Source: Octopus sinensis | Taxonomy: Eukaryota | Direction of reading: 5' to 3' | DNA length: 64,000 nt | Assembly: GCF_006345805.1 (NCBI RefSeq) | Contig: NC_042997.1 | Span: 161,510,001 to 161,574,000, forward strand | Shown here: positions 39,546 through 53,349 of the stretch, in pieces | How positions within the stretch are numbered: the stretch's first letter is position 1 | Layout of the letters: each line of letters starts with the position of its first letter | Notes under the pieces: model-generated | Told to the model about the DNA's origin: nothing | The model's database searches: none | What the model saw: the letters and a program-made list of their open reading frames with translations, nothing else | Made by a program: the position numbers and the translations under genes

Positions 39546-40229
39546 TAAATAATTTAGTCATATGTGCATGCATGAGCACACACACACTCTCTCTCTCCCT
39601 CTCTCTCTCACACACACACATACACACATACACACTCATATACTCTCATATACTTGTATATATATATGTGCTGTTGAAGTGATTTGATGATGCATCAGTT
39701 GGTGGAACTGTTGTGTACCACATGATGGGTATTGCCTTGCACCAATGCGTTTTTAAATTGATATGCCATTACATTCTGCTTTCAGAATCTTCTAATCAGT
39801 TTTGTCTACAAAACACCCAGCTCCAATATACATCAATTGGGCTCTCTTGACTGAAGCATTTTCACAAAAACATATGAATTTGATACGCAATCTCTTATGC
39901 TTGTAGGAATTTCTTGGTAACCAAGCAACAGGCATTGCTTGTCAGTATACCCGTAACTAACTTGCTGTTTTTGTTTTGGGTTATGGTGGACTATATGTAA
40001 ACCAACACGATAAGATATCACTTTTAATTCTGATCTAACAAGCCTAACGGGATTTATTATAACATATCTGGTCATAACCTATTACTGATGAAAATAGATA
40101 TTCTGATGTACCAGTACATGCAATATAAAAGAAACTTTTGGTGCTACAAAAGAGCAAACTTTCAAGACATTCAATACCAGCCTGAAACAATTATAAAACA
40201 ATATTTAAAGGAAAATGTATTGAAAATAT

Positions 40230-41000
40230 GTGTGCTCAGGCATAGTGACTATATGAATATGTGAAACCTTGATCACGTTTATCCTATGCAAAACCAACAG
40301 TAAAATGCTGAGTGATGAAGCCTAGATGTATGATGAAGAGTAATACTCCAAAGCAACAAAGAAGGTAATGTGATAACTTAAACCTAATAAAACCATCAAC
40401 TTTGACTAGATTCCAACTAAAATTCTAAAGAAATGTTGTATGAAATTAGCCAGGCTATTGTGTTGACCCTATCACATTTGAATCATTTGCAGTGTATTTC
40501 CAAACCACTGGAAAATTACTGTTATGATTCTTATAAATAAAAAGGATTACAGAACTGATCCATGCAAATACATTCTGTCAATACCATTACTTTGCATTAT
40601 TAACAAAACAATAAAATCAATGATCCGGGCTAGTTATGTAAAAAATTAACTCCTGTCTAAAAGGCAATTTGACTTCCAAAAACACAACACACAGATATTC
40701 TCTATTTTTTTTTTTCAGACATTAAACTGTTCCATCAGACCTAGCCCTGGACATCAAAAAACTTTTGACAGAGTTTGGCACAACAGACTTTGTGCCAAGC
40801 TGGAATCTAAGGGAATATTTAAAACTACCAAGATAGAAGCAAAGCCATCTTAGCAAGAGAACAATCGAGGTCATCCCTTCAGATCAACACTCCTAAGTTC
40901 ATTTCTGCTATCAGTTTTATAATTGGTAGGAAATCTGAGTAAAGTTGAAGAATTATTTCCCAGGTGGTTGTGTTAGCCAAGAACAGGAATAAGGTAATGG
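40230..41000 (+). pseudogene. Degraded CR1/Jockey-type LINE RT
   Basis: IPTKILKKC, FPNHWK, KKDYRTDP and LDIKK.FDRVWHN motifs across frameshifts. Confidence 0.7.
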
Positions 41001-41229
41001 CATTCAGAAAAGAGTTGTTTTGGTTGGCTTGGTGTGAATCATCTAGAATATAAAGAGAGTTTTATTGTGACGCTTGTAAGATTTGTACTATATGAAACCA
41101 GGAGGTACTGAATGCATTTGTAATAGTTTTTTAGTGTTGTAACTGGAATGAGTAACCTTGTGGGACTATTGGTGAGGTATGTGCTGATATATATACAGGT
41201 GTTGGGCAAAATAATGGAAACACCTAGCA

Positions 41230-41720
41230 TCATAAAACAAGATGAAGGTGGGTACAAAAGGTGGAATGGTAAAAAAAATGGAAAAAGAAAGGAAAATAAA
41301 TAAGAATTAGAGTTATGTGTCCTTTGACCATGGAGCCATAAGGCTAAATAGAGGGGAATCAATGGAAGGACTATAAACTCTACAATACAGCTGCTCAACA
41401 CAAAGAGGGTGATATTCTCCAATTCACCAAAAGTAACTTGTCTATATGTTTGCATTTGCTGCTGAAAATTTCTTATCTGGAATTCAGCAGTGTGGTAGAA
41501 TTCTTAGACGTAAGAAGGACATGTGATTTTTCAGCTATGCATAGCTTACATTTTTTTGATCCATTAACATATGGCGTTGATTTTTCAGATATTTTCCACC
41601 AGATTGCATGAGGTGTGGAGCTGGTCTTAAAACTACATATGTGGCTAGGCTAGCCATCTTACTGGCTTTACTTTTGTCCATGTGCCAAAAAGAAGATAAG
41701 TGGTTAGCACAGCAACTATG
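41230..41720 (-). mobile_element. Penelope-like element ORF 3' end (GIY-YIG C-terminus) plus 3' UTR
   Basis: SLATYV...WWKISEKSTPYVNGSKKCKLCIAEKSHVLLTSKNSTTLLNSR*EIFSSKCKH. Confidence 0.75.
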
Positions 41721-41727
41721 CATATAC

Positions 41728-41777
<50 letters not shown>

Positions 41778-41902
41778 AGTGTTTGTGATGATATATATAT
41801 TGGTAAAAACGTTAAGATAAGAAAAGAAAGAAAGATACCTCAATATTATGTAAATAGAGGAAATTTATCTGTAAAATAATATGTGACAATATTCAATAGC
41901 CA

Positions 41903-41965
41903 AGATAAAACTCTGAGTTTCGGATGCCAAGGTAGAAATCCACAACACCATCTCTTCGGTTATCT
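41903..41965 (-). ncRNA. Decayed type I hammerhead ribozyme-like motif
   Basis: AGATAA-CCGAAGA-GATG[..]CATCC-GAAAC-TCAGA-GTT^TTATCT. Stem I is a perfect 6 bp, stem III is ACTC(A)GAGT, and the core has U4>C. Confidence 0.55.
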
Positions 41966-41989
41966 GGCCATCTGAAAAAGTTTTTCAGA

Positions 41990-42250
41990 ATGGCTGTGTG
42001 GTAAGCTTGCTTCTCAATCACATGGCTCCAGGTTCAGTCCCACTATGTAGCACCTTGGACAAGTGTCTTCTACTATAGCCTTGGGCTGACCAAAGCCTTA
42101 TGAGTGGATTTGGTAGATGGAAAGTGAAAGAAGCCTGTTGTATAAATGTATAGATACACACACACACACATAAATATATGTATATATATATATGTAAATA
42201 TGTATGTATGTATTTGTTATTTGTGTCTGTGTTTGTCTCTCCACCATCGC
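41990..42250 (+). mobile_element. SINE family B copy (5' two-thirds)
   Basis: GGCTGTGTGGTAAGCTTGCTTCTCAATCACATGGCTCCAGGTTCAGTCCCACT...GAAAGAAGCCTGTTG. Confidence 0.85.
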
Positions 42251-42283
42251 TTGATTCAGTGCCTTATTATTTAACACACCCAC

Positions 42284-44190
42284 TGGTAAAGCTTCCACTC
42301 ATTTACTTATTTTATTCTCTGAAAAAATTTTCTTTGCATCTTGCAACCTTTTCAATAATCATTGACTCTGTCCGTTATGAGCTGCATTCTTTTCGTTTGT
42401 GCGCATGTGTGTGGGTGAGTGTGTGTGCACATATACATATATGTATGTATGTATGTATGTATGGATGGATGAATGGATAGATGAATGGATGCATGCATGT
42501 AAGTGTGTATACATGTATGTATATGTGTGTGTGTATGTGTGTATGCATATATGTATATGCATATGTGTGTACGTATGTATTCTGCATATTCATGTGTTTG
42601 TGTTTGTGTGTATTCATATGTGTGTGTACCTCTGTGTTCTTGTGTGTGCTTGTCTGAGTATGTCTGTGTGTGTGGGGGGGGGGTTGTGACTATGTACTGT
42701 GTCTGTATGTACGGATGTGTATTTCCATTTGTGTGGATATGTATCTCCATATGTGTCCTTGTGTGAAGTGAAGTGTGTGTGTATATGGTCATGTGTTTCA
42801 TATGTTGCATATGTGTGTATGTATGTTTGCTTGTCTGTTCATATTACCTATGTACTTGCCCTCTGTATGTCTATCTGTTTACATTCACATCCATTTGCCT
42901 ACATACGTGTACATATACATATGCGTATACATACACACACACATACATGCACACACACACATGCACACACACACATACATGCATACATCTACTTAACAGC
43001 CCACTAGCTATTCTACCTATATCTAAATATAAACTGTGGTATGGGGCTATGATTACCTACTACATATATTTCCTATTTAGTACTGGGGATGTTTCATTTA
43101 TGAGGATGTACGCCTGTATTTGTCTGATGCTTGGGTCCTTTGGGTGCTTGGATAAAATACGGAGGTCAAGTTGACACAGGTTGCCTTCATGTTGGTCCTT
43201 GACATGTTGGTAGAGTATGGAGGACTGTTTTTGTCATCATATTGTCTCAAATGTTCATTTAGTCTTTCTGCTATGCTCCTAGATGTCCCCCCTATGCATG
43301 TCATGTTCATGTCTTTGCAAGCACCTTCTATGCATCTTATGCTGTAAACTACATTTCTAATTCTACAGTTAATGCCAGGGTTAATCCTTCATACCATGCA
43401 GTTATAATTGGTGCATATGGTATTCTCAAAGGGATACATCCTACATAGTTCTGATCTGATGGAGTTCCCTGGCTTTTCAATAATTTTAATGTTGAGTTTG
43501 GTCTCCTTCAGACCTTTCCTAAATCTACAGGCTAGATCTCCATGAGGTGTGGCATCTATAAACATCTTTGATATTTGTCAGTTTTATACCACATGTTCAT
43601 CCTATATGCAAATGAAAACTGAAACACAAGACAATATACACACACTCTTCGCTTCACACAAGAACACATATGGAGACACACATCCACACATACGGAGATA
43701 CACATCCGTACATACAGGCACAATACATAGTCACAAAAACCAATATACACACACACACACAGACAGGCACACACAAGGTGACAGAGGTACACACACACAC
43801 ATACACATGCAAACACACACACACATAAAAACACACAAACACAAACACATGAATATGCAGAATACATACATACAAACGTACACACATACATACATATATA
43901 CATACACACCCATACACGTACATACATGCATACACACACATGCATACATACATACATACATACATACATACATACATACATACATACATACATACATACA
44001 TACATACATACATACATACATACATACATACATACATGTGTACATGCACATACTGACCCACACACATGCACACAAACAAACAAAAAGAACACAGCTAGGA
44101 TAATGGACAGAGTTAACAACTATTGAAAAGGTTGCAAGACACAGTGAAAATTTTAGGAAAAATAAATAAATAAGTGGAAACTTTACTGGT
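42284..44190. repeat. ~1.9-kb unit with ~500-600-bp diverged inverted arms (microsatellite-rich) flanking a Penelope fragment
   Basis: CTTGCAACCTTTTCAATA (~42342) pairs with TATTGAAAAGGTTGCAAG (44121). TGCATATTCATGTGTTTGTGTTTGTG pairs with CACAAACACAAACACATGAATATGCA. ATGTACGGATGTGTA pairs with TACACATCCGTACAT. Confidence 0.85.
43080..43600 (-). pseudogene. Penelope-like GIY-YIG endonuclease fragment
   Basis: RNVVYSIRCIEGACKDMNMTCIGGTSRSIAERLNEH matches the GVVY.I.C...YIGET.R.L..R..EH pattern. Confidence 0.75.
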
Positions 44191-45408
44191 AGAATGACTC
44201 TCCCCAGACACAACAAAATATGTTTCAATGCATGAACTCACATAAAGAATCTTGCAAACTAAATATATATATATATATACATACATATATTTACACACAC
44301 ATATATATATTGTGTAGCTTCATAGCACACTACAACTACCAAAAGGTATTGTAATAAGCAAAATGGAGATGAAAAAACAATGTACCTTTTAACAAGTCAC
44401 CCGACAAGACACATCTGTAACTATGATGCACCACAACTGCTTGAACAGCATCTCAGCCATGAGGTACCGGTATAAGATGGGTTGAAACAATCATAATGAA
44501 TAATAAGGAGTCTCATGAATTCCATTTCTCTCATATTTTAATAAGCTCTATAGACGCAAAAGAATTCCTGAAATAAATCCAGTCGCATATACCTCAACAC
44601 TGTTGATGACACCAGGTAACCAAATACTGAGAATGGGCTTTAAACAGCACACTTCAAGGTGTATCCCCAAATATAAAATTATACTTATATATATATGTAT
44701 TTCAGTTAGGCATTGTAATACTAATAACTCAAACACATATCTAGGTGAGCAGTGTGTTCCATTTTCAGCTTGGTTTCTGTGGCTGGACATCCATGCTTAA
44801 CTACCTGCTGGTTTCTATTTTTGTGGCACCAGCACTAGACATATACTATACCTTCAACATGCTTAAAAGGGATTTGTGATACCATGTGTCTGCTCATTCA
44901 CAAACCTCTTTATAGAGTGAGAAGCATGAATGATAGATAAGTGAAAAGAGGGACACATTATAGGGGCTAAGTGAAAAGGTTACTCACATTCTGAGATATA
45001 TACATTTAATTAAGATAACATAGCTAAAAGGTTAAAGCAATGATAGAAGGTAACATATCCTAAGAGATAAAGATAAAGAGATGACAGAGATCCAGGATGT
45101 GTGGAAGAAAAGGTGCAAGAATATGATGGCAGAGACTGATGTGGGCAATGACAGGTATTATAAGGGAAATACTGGTACAGGGTACAATTAGTTCAATGCT
45201 GCCTTTTATAGATAGAATTCTATATAGATCAGAAAGCTGAGTGACAAGAGAGTCAAGAAATGTGGGTAATAGTAGAGGGACTAGAAAATAGGTAGGTGCT
45301 GAATTAATGAGTGACAAGGATGACAAAAAAGTGTGAGATACAGAGATGAGAGGATAACAAAGTAACAAGATATTGAAGAGACCATAATAAAAGACTTTGT
45401 AGTATATA

Positions 45409-46719
45409 TGAGGGGGTACCGAAAAGAAACTGGAATTCTGCAATATTATTTTATTCACTTGGTTTTACATGTTTACACTTTTATTACCTTCAAAGTATTC
45501 TCCATTTGAAGCAATGCATCGGACCAGAGGCATTTTCCACAATTTGAAGTAACCCTATAACTCTTGCAAAGTGAGGACTCTTAATACCTCCATCATTTTC
45601 CTTCACTTTTTCACATCTGCAAAACATTTTCCTATAAGGATTTTTTTCATGTGGAGGAACAGAAAAAAATCACAGGGAGCAAGATCAGGCGAGTATGGAG
45701 GGTGGGTAAATGAGGTCATGCCATTTTTTACAAAATCTATCTCACATTCAAGGTAATGTGCACAGGCACATTGTCACAATGAAACTACTACTCTACATTT
45801 TGTCACAGGTTGAGGTGTTGTCGTCACTGCATCTTGCAAACACTTCAGAACTGCCAAGTAAAATGTCAGGTTAGCATTTTGACCAGAAGGGACAAATTCT
45901 GTGTGGGCAATTCCTTTTGCATCAATGAAACAAATCAGCTTCATCTTGACGTTGGACTTCACTTGATGCACTCTTTTGGAGCATGGTGACAATGAATGCT
46001 TCCATTCACTTGACTGCTGCTTCATTTCCAGGTCATAGTCATAGCACTGACTTTCATCACCAGTTGTGACCTTTCGAAAAAAGTTTGGATCAGCTTCCAC
46101 CTGTTCTTTCAGCTCATGACACACATTCAGTTGTGATGACTTTTGATCTTCTGGAGCAAATGAGGCACAAATTTTGCTGCAACTCTTTTTATTCGCAATT
46201 CTCACTCAAAATTCGTTGTTAGGAGCTCCAGGATACACCAGTCATATCAACAAGGTCGTCAACTGTTCAGTGATAGCCCTCCAAGATCAGTTCATGAATT
46301 TTTGTGATGCTTTCATCCATTCAGGTCAACAGTCACCCTAAATGAGATTCGTCCTCAAGTGACAAGTGATTATTCCTAAAGCATGAAACCCACTCATAAA
46401 CTTGTGTTTTGCTCATGGCAGTGTGCTTGTAAGCTGTCTAAAGCATGACAACTGTTTTGGCCATCGTTTTGCCCAGCAGAAAACAGAATTTCATGGAAGC
46501 ACTTTGTTCCTTTGTTTCAGTCATTGCAAAAATCGATGAACAGGAAAGAAGCACTGCAAAACAAAGACACATCATGTAACAGTATGACTTCACTCGATGC
46601 TGCCATTTGGCAGACTAATGCTTGAAGATTGCATGAAGTGCTTTCTAGTGGTGGAAGCCTGAACTACAATGGGCTTGTCCCACAGAGAACATTTCTGGTT
46701 ACTTTTGGGTACCACCTCA
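45409..46719 (-). mobile_element. Full-length decayed mariner transposon (1311 bp)
   Basis: TA|TGAGGGGGTACCGAAAAG...CTTTTGGGTACCACCTCA|TA. Internal TTGDESQCYDYD, KQQSSEWK, VKSNVKMKLICF. Confidence 0.88.
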
Positions 46720-46879
46720 TATATCTCAGCCGACATCACAACCAACTTTCTTTCTGCCTTCTTGCTGGTTGGGTTGACAGTGGTCAAATCTTCTACATTA
46801 CTATGATTCATCAATCAACATGTTCCCTTTTTGTCTCCTATATCAGATGTAACATATGATCAGTTTTCACCAATTCATT

Positions 46880-48130
46880 GTTTTTCTCTTTCACATGTAC
46901 CATTTACTTTAAGTCTTTGGTACTTCTTTATGCAACCAAATTCTCCATATGCATTACAAATCCATGTCATCACAGCTTCCTCTTTTGCACGCTTCAGTTG
47001 ATTACTTTTTTATTCTTTAGTTTTACTCACAGCTCTTTAATGCTCAATAATTCATGTACACTAACATTATACATCCAGCTAAACATACCTGTTTCATTAC
47101 ATTGTAGTCTCTGCAAATCCTCAGTGTTCAAGGTCCATGCAGCATTGCCCTTAGAACATGTGCATCATAATGTCTGCCTTTCACCCTTAGGTTCCTCTAA
47201 TTTATTTTTTTGCTGTTTTTACTCTGACAATTATATTCTTTGAACAATCACTCCAAATGCTAATTAGAGTATCTAGGCAGTAGGAGCTATTTTTAATGAG
47301 TATCTCTTCCCAATGGATGTTTTGAGCTTATTGTTCCCATATATAAAATGTACCTTCTCTGTTAGCCTGCATGTAATCTCACCGCACATTTTGTGTTTCT
47401 GTAGTTTACATAGAGTATATCAGACAGAACTCCTACCTACTCCTTTCCTGCATTCTGAACATGGCCATTTTCCTGATGTTAACAGGGACCTGTGTCCTCA
47501 GCTTCATCTTAATACATTAGTTTCAGCTAAGTTAACTTTGTGGTCATTCAATTCCAGGTTTTACTTCACATTTTGAATTTTCTCACTAGAACTTCCACTT
47601 TTCCAGTATATGAACAAGCCCATCAACATAGGGGAACTTCCATATACTGCTGGTCTGGAACTCATCTGTCATAGCTTGTATGACAACGATAATCAGATGC
47701 CAGTCATCTATACCTAATCTCCTCTGTGCTTACCAGCTCAAAGTGTTGGGAACCTCGTTGAAGTCCTTCTCTAGGTCAACGAATGCTAGGTATAGTGGTT
47801 TACTCCTCACTTAGTATTTCTTTTACAGTTGCCCGAGTAAGAATATAGTATCAGTAGTAATTCTTGCAGGCACAAAGCTGGGCTGTATTTCACCTAAATT
47901 TCTTCTCATCCTAGTTACTGACTTTTTCTGTAACTTTCATAAATTGGTCTACCAATTTGATACTTCTGTAATTACCTCCCTCTAAACTTTGTTGCAATTG
48001 ACACTGATGCTGCTATGCTAGTCATTTGATACAGTATTAGATACTGTCTCTCTCTTTCTCTCTCTCTCTCCCCCTTCTCTGCAAATACTGTCTTTCCCAT
48101 TATAACTTCTTCATCCATCACTCCTTTTGG
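46880..48130 (-). mobile_element. Degraded RTE LINE RT fragments
   Basis: Reverse complement parallels 50850-51800 (GEIQPSFVPARITTDTIFLLGQL; VGRSSV.YTLCK). Confidence 0.7.
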
Positions 48131-48159
48131 AACTGTTTCTCACTAAAAACTGGCACTCC

Positions 48160-48460
48160 ATCAGTAATGACAGGTATTCCAGTTGATCTGATTGACAGAA
48201 CAGCCTGCTTGTGAAATTAATGTGCAAGTGGCAGAGCACTCCACAGACACTCATACCTTTAACAGGGAAATTTAGCATGACATAGAATGTGACAAGACTG
48301 GCCCTTTAAATTATTGGTGCAACTCATTTTTGCCAGCTGAGTGAACTGGAACAACATGAAATAAATGTCTTACTCAAGAACAAAGTATGCCACTAGGAAT
48401 CAAATTCACGACTTGACAACCATGAGCTAAATATTCTAACTACTAAGCCACACACCTTCA
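48160..48460 (-). mobile_element. tRNA-derived SINE related to family C
   Basis: Shares GCTGAGTGAACTGGAACAACATGAAATAAA...CTCAAGAAC with 57807-57855; tRNA-like head at 48410-48460. Confidence 0.7.
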
Positions 48461-49359
48461 CAGTCTTTTATTATTCTCCCTCTTTCCACACTCCTACTCT
48501 ATCACTAGAATAGATTTGGTAGAGGGGAACTTGATGGAAGTCCACAGTGTATGTATGTATGTATGTATGTATGTATGTGTGTATGTTTGCCTGCATGTAT
48601 TTATGTGTGTGCACATTTGTGTGTTTTTGTGGTTTGTCCCCCACTTGACAACTGAGTCTTTTTCATTATGTCCCTATATTTTGATTATGTCCCTATAACT
48701 CCATGTTCAATTCAATTTTCTCTCACTTTAACGCTCATTATAACTGTTATTATTGTTATTCATTCATTTATTTATCTTTGTCACAAAGTTTGGCTTACTT
48801 CAAACTGTATGTTATAGTATTTGATAAAGTTAAAGTTAAGAATGCAAATGTTCAGTTCTGTTTCACTCTTTAGTGCTCTTTATAATTACTATTGTTATTC
48901 ATTTAGCAGTATGTTATAGCAAAGTGAAGAAATCCAATTGTTCAATTCTGTTTACTCTTCTTCTATATCTCGAAAATTCCATCTCTTCATGTTTTTGTTT
49001 TCAACCATCCCTAATTCTGGAAAACTTCACCACTCACCCTCTCTCTCTCTCTCTCTCAGTTTCATTAACCACTTGCCTTTCCCATATTGATTGTTAATTA
49101 GTAACTCACTTTATCTGTGGCTATGCCACATCAGTTTCTGCTAGGGAATAGAGCAGCCACAGTGCTTTGCCATTTGCAGTGCACCTCCTATCCCACCCCC
49201 ACCACCTATACCGGAAGTCTTTATCCTCTGACCTCTACCAGAAGTCTTTTTCCTCAGCACCCCTAACAACTTACTATACAGAACGCTTTCTCCCCCTACC
49301 TTACCCTTCCATCCCTACCTAGTGTCTCTCTCCTGATGAATATAATGATTATGTAGCAA

Positions 49360-52300
49360 ATAATGCAGGTTGAAGCCTATTTGTATGTTTACGAGATCTG
49401 CCAAATGCGAGGTTTCTTTTCAGATGCATAATGCTGCAGTTCCCTATCCCAGGGTCTCACCGGCCCACACCTTCCACATCCTCAGAGTTGGCAGACTTAA
49501 TGTTGGCACATTGAAAAGTAGATCTGGTGAGATTGTTGAGATGCTTAAACAGAGACATGTAGATGTGTGCTGCATCCAAGAAATAAGGTGGAGAAGAAGA
49601 TATAGGTTCCTTACAGGCAAAGAACATAGGTATAAGATTTTCTGGGTAGAGAACGGTAATGGGGTTGGGGGTGTGGGTATACTCCTTGTGGAGAAATGGT
49701 TTGATAAGGTAATCAAGGTAGTCAGAGTCTGTGATAGAATATGTAAGCTTAGACTAGTGCTGCAACATGGATTAGCAACCATTATCTCAAGCTATGCCCC
49801 TCAGCCAAGGCTGTCTGATGAACAGAAAGACCAATTTTATGACACCCACTTGCAGACTACTTCATCAACAAATGACAGGTACCTTCTCTTTGTTGCTGGT
49901 GACTTCAACTGACATGTTGGACAACATCCAGGGAGCTTCTATGGTGTACATGGTGGCAATGGATTTGGTTTCTGCAATGAGGAGGGAACCAGGCAGCTGG
50001 GGTTCTGTGATCCAAATGATCTTATGATCTGTAATACTAACTTCTAGAAACCTACCAGTATAGTGGGCACACTAGTCAGATTGACTACATTCTTGCCAGG
50101 AAACAGGAAAGAAAGCAACTTATAAATGCCCAAACTTTCCCAAATGAGGAATGCTCCCCACAACATAGGTTAACAGTTAACGACTTCAGGATCAGGGTTA
50201 ACTGGTTGCCTGGAAGACGACCAGCATGGTAAAGAAGGATCTGGAAGCTTAAGGATCCTCTGAATCAACAGAGATTTAGAGCCGTGTTACTTGAAGCTTT
50301 TGACAAAAAAGAGGAGGATATAGCATCACATGATGTAGAGGACAACTGGAGGTTCCTACAGGACAAACTGTTGAGGGATACTGACCAGATCTGTGGATAG
50401 TGCAAAGTCCCCTTTCGACCTAAGGTAATGTGGTGGTGGAAAAATGTAGTTGATAGAGTCATTAGGGAAAAGAAACAGGCATGGAAGTGTAGTGGTAGCA
50501 GGGGGCTGTAACAGATTGCAAAAAGGGAAACTATGAGAGAGGTGTACTTAACCAGAAGGGAAGCAGTTAAGAAAAATTTGCTAATGTTCTGCATCATGAA
50601 GACCAGAGACTTGAAGGGTTTCATATTGCAAGATATTGTGTGAGAGAGAATTGTGATGTCATAGGAAGGAAATGTGTCCGCATGGATAATGCCTCACTTG
50701 CATTTAATGATGCTGCAAAGAGAGAGACTTGGAGATGCCACTATGAAAGGTTGCTAAATGAAGAGAATGAATGAGAGAAAGAGAGCCTGCAAAATGTCAA
50801 CCTAACAGAGGGACCAGCTATTCGAATTGACAGTACCTTGGTAGATAAAGCAATTAAGGGTATGAAGACAGGGAAAGCCTCTGGCCCATCAGGAATCACT
50901 GCTGAGATACTTAAAATATCTGGTAGTGTAGACTAGTCTGGTGGTATAGTCTAGTCACCCATATATAGTCAACCAAGTGATGCATGAAGGAGTCATACCC
51001 AATGACTGGTGTAGCAGCACCATAGTCAACTGCTACAAAAGGTAAAGACGATGCATTAAATGGGAATAATTAAAGAGGTATCAAATTGTTGGATCAGGTG
51101 ATGAAAGTCAGGGCGAGAGTCACAGCCCAATTAATAAGAGAGAGAGTTAGTTTAGATGAGATGCAGTTTGGATTTGTGCCAAGAAGAAGCACCACCAATG
51201 CTATATTTCTGGTAAGACAGCTGCAGGAGAAATTCCTAACCAAAGATAAACCTCTGTACTTAGCTTTCACTGACATGGAGAAAGCTTTGGACAGGGTCCC
51301 CCACTCCCTTATCTGGTGGTCAATGTGGAAACTAGGGATAGATGAGTGGTTGGTTAGAGCTGTACAAGCCATGTACAGGGATGCTGTCAGTAAGGTGAGG
51401 GTTGGTAATGAGTATAGTGAAGAATTCCAGGTAGATGTAGGGATTCACCAAGGATCAGTCCTCAGCATCCTCTTATTCACCATAGTCCTCCAGGCTATAA
51501 CAGAGGAATTCAAGACAGGCTGTCCCTGGGAGCTCCTCTATGCTAATGACTTTGTTCTAATAGCTGAGTCACAGCCAGAACTAGAGAAGAAGTTTCAGGT
51601 GTGGAAGCAAGGTCTAGAATTGAAAGGCCTTAGAATCAATCTCACAAAAAGCAAAGTTTTAGTAAGTAGGAAAACAGACAAATCACAAATCCTTTCAGAT
51701 AGATGGCCTTGCTCAATCTGTAGAAAAGGAGTAGGTAGAAACTCCATAAGATGTACCCTGTGCAAGAGGTACAACGATATCAAAGGAAGGTTAACTAGGA
51801 AGATAATTTTGGTGTGTGACAGACGCACAGATGCAATAAACACTGAAGATGTACAGAAAAAAGATTTCATCAAATGCTAGGGAGAAAAACTAGAAATAGT
51901 TGATATTTCCATTACTTAGGTGACCAAGTCAGTAGCAGGGATGGATGCTCTGAGAGCATAGCTGCATTAAGAAGTGTCATACCCTAACAGTGAAGGGAAC
52001 CTATGGTAGAGGTAGATTCAGGAAGACATGGAATGAGATAGTGAAGTCAAATGAGGTCGTAGCCATGGCTGATGTCAGTATTGCATAACTGGCTCATTTA
52101 AAAGTACCCCTCAATTGTTGGCAATATGCTATTCTTGAGAAGACCCGATGCCAGTTCCACCTGACTGGCACTCATGCCAGTGGCATGTAAGAAGCACCAT
52201 TTGAGCGTGATGGATACTAGTGCAGTGGCACATAAAATGCTCCATTCGAGCATGGTCAATGCAAGTGCTGCCTGACTGGCCCCCATGCCGGTGCTATGTA

Positions 52301-52460
52301 AAAATCACCCACTACACACTCAGAGTGGTTAGCATTAAGAAGGGCATCCAGCTGTAGAAACTTTGCCAAGTCAGATTGGAGCCTAGTGCTGCCTCCTGGT
52401 TGGCCAGTCCTCAGTCAAACCGTCCAACCCATGCCAGCAAGGAAAGCGGATGATGATGAT
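49360..52460 (+). mobile_element. Near-full-length decayed RTE-clade LINE (APE + RT + C-terminal Cys finger + 3' UTR + GAT tail)
   Basis: APE: LRVGRLNVGTL, DVCCIQEIRW, ISSYAPQ, AGDFN, IDYIL. RT (51086-51880): LDEMQFGF, DMEKALDRVP, IHQGSVLS, LLYAND, WPCSICRKGVG. Many stops and frameshifts. Confidence 0.92.
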
Positions 52461-52587
52461 AAACCTAGCAGTTCAGCAAAACAGACTTAGAATAAGTACT
52501 AGGATCAATTTGTACAACTATAAACCTTAAAGGCAATGCCCCAGATTGGCTGCAATTCTATGACTGAAACAAGTAACAGATAGAAAG

Positions 52588-52652
<65 letters not shown>

Positions 52653-52859
52653 GGTGACGGGGGGAGAGAGAGAGAGAGAGAGAGTGTGTGTGTGTGTGTG
52701 TGTTTGTCTACACGTCTATTTTTGTAGAAATCTGCGTAAATGCTGTATTAAAGGGAGGTAACTCGGAGTTCAGTCCCTTGTGTAACACATTGGGCAGGTA
52801 TTTTCTCTTATAGCCCCGAAGGTTTTTTTTAGTAGTTTCGTTAAGAAGCTAATTATGAG

Positions 52860-53340
52860 TATGTTTGTCTGTATGCGTATGAGTTTTCCAGAGAGCCAAT
52901 GTGGTAATGAATGGTTTCCCTCAGCTGCTCGCTTATGATGTGGTCCAAGAGCAAGATGTTTAACATTTGTGGTAGCAGTTCATTTCCAGTGCCAGTAAAT
53001 TTTTCTATTTGTCTTCAGTGAGAGTCTACCTTTCATGTATAGAGGTTGGAGGAACGTACCCAAGCCTGCAGCAATCTGATCTCCTTCTTCTTATCGATGC
53101 TTCTATCTCCCCATATTGGTTTCAGTTTGATTAGTGCAGACATTACCTATGCAGTTCTTATTTGGGCTATCTCTAGCTCTGTCATTGCACAGAAAGTTTT
53201 GTTGTGATGACACTTTTGACATATTTCATAAGTTTACTTTTGGGGCCTTGATTTCCATTCCAAACTTGATGGAAGTTCTGTTAAGAAGGCTGCTAAGATG
53301 GCCAATTCATTCTTCATTTTCACCTGTCCATTCTTATCAG
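52860..53340 (-). pseudogene. Degraded RT 3' fragment of a different RTE-type family
   Basis: LLNRTSIKFGMEI, LKPIW.D..I-like and HHIGPHHK-like motifs in broken frames. Confidence 0.55.
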
Positions 53341-53349
53341 CAATTTTAG

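Noticed and set aside
44195-44245. Possible fourth hammerhead (TGAGTTCATGCATTGAAACATAT on the minus strand)
   Set aside because: The CUGA core, cleavage triplet and stem I are not recoverable.
49320-49345. CTCCTGATGA at the end of a pyrimidine-rich PLE-like tract
   Set aside because: Only the first half of a hammerhead core is present; no GAAA or stem III follows before the RTE begins.
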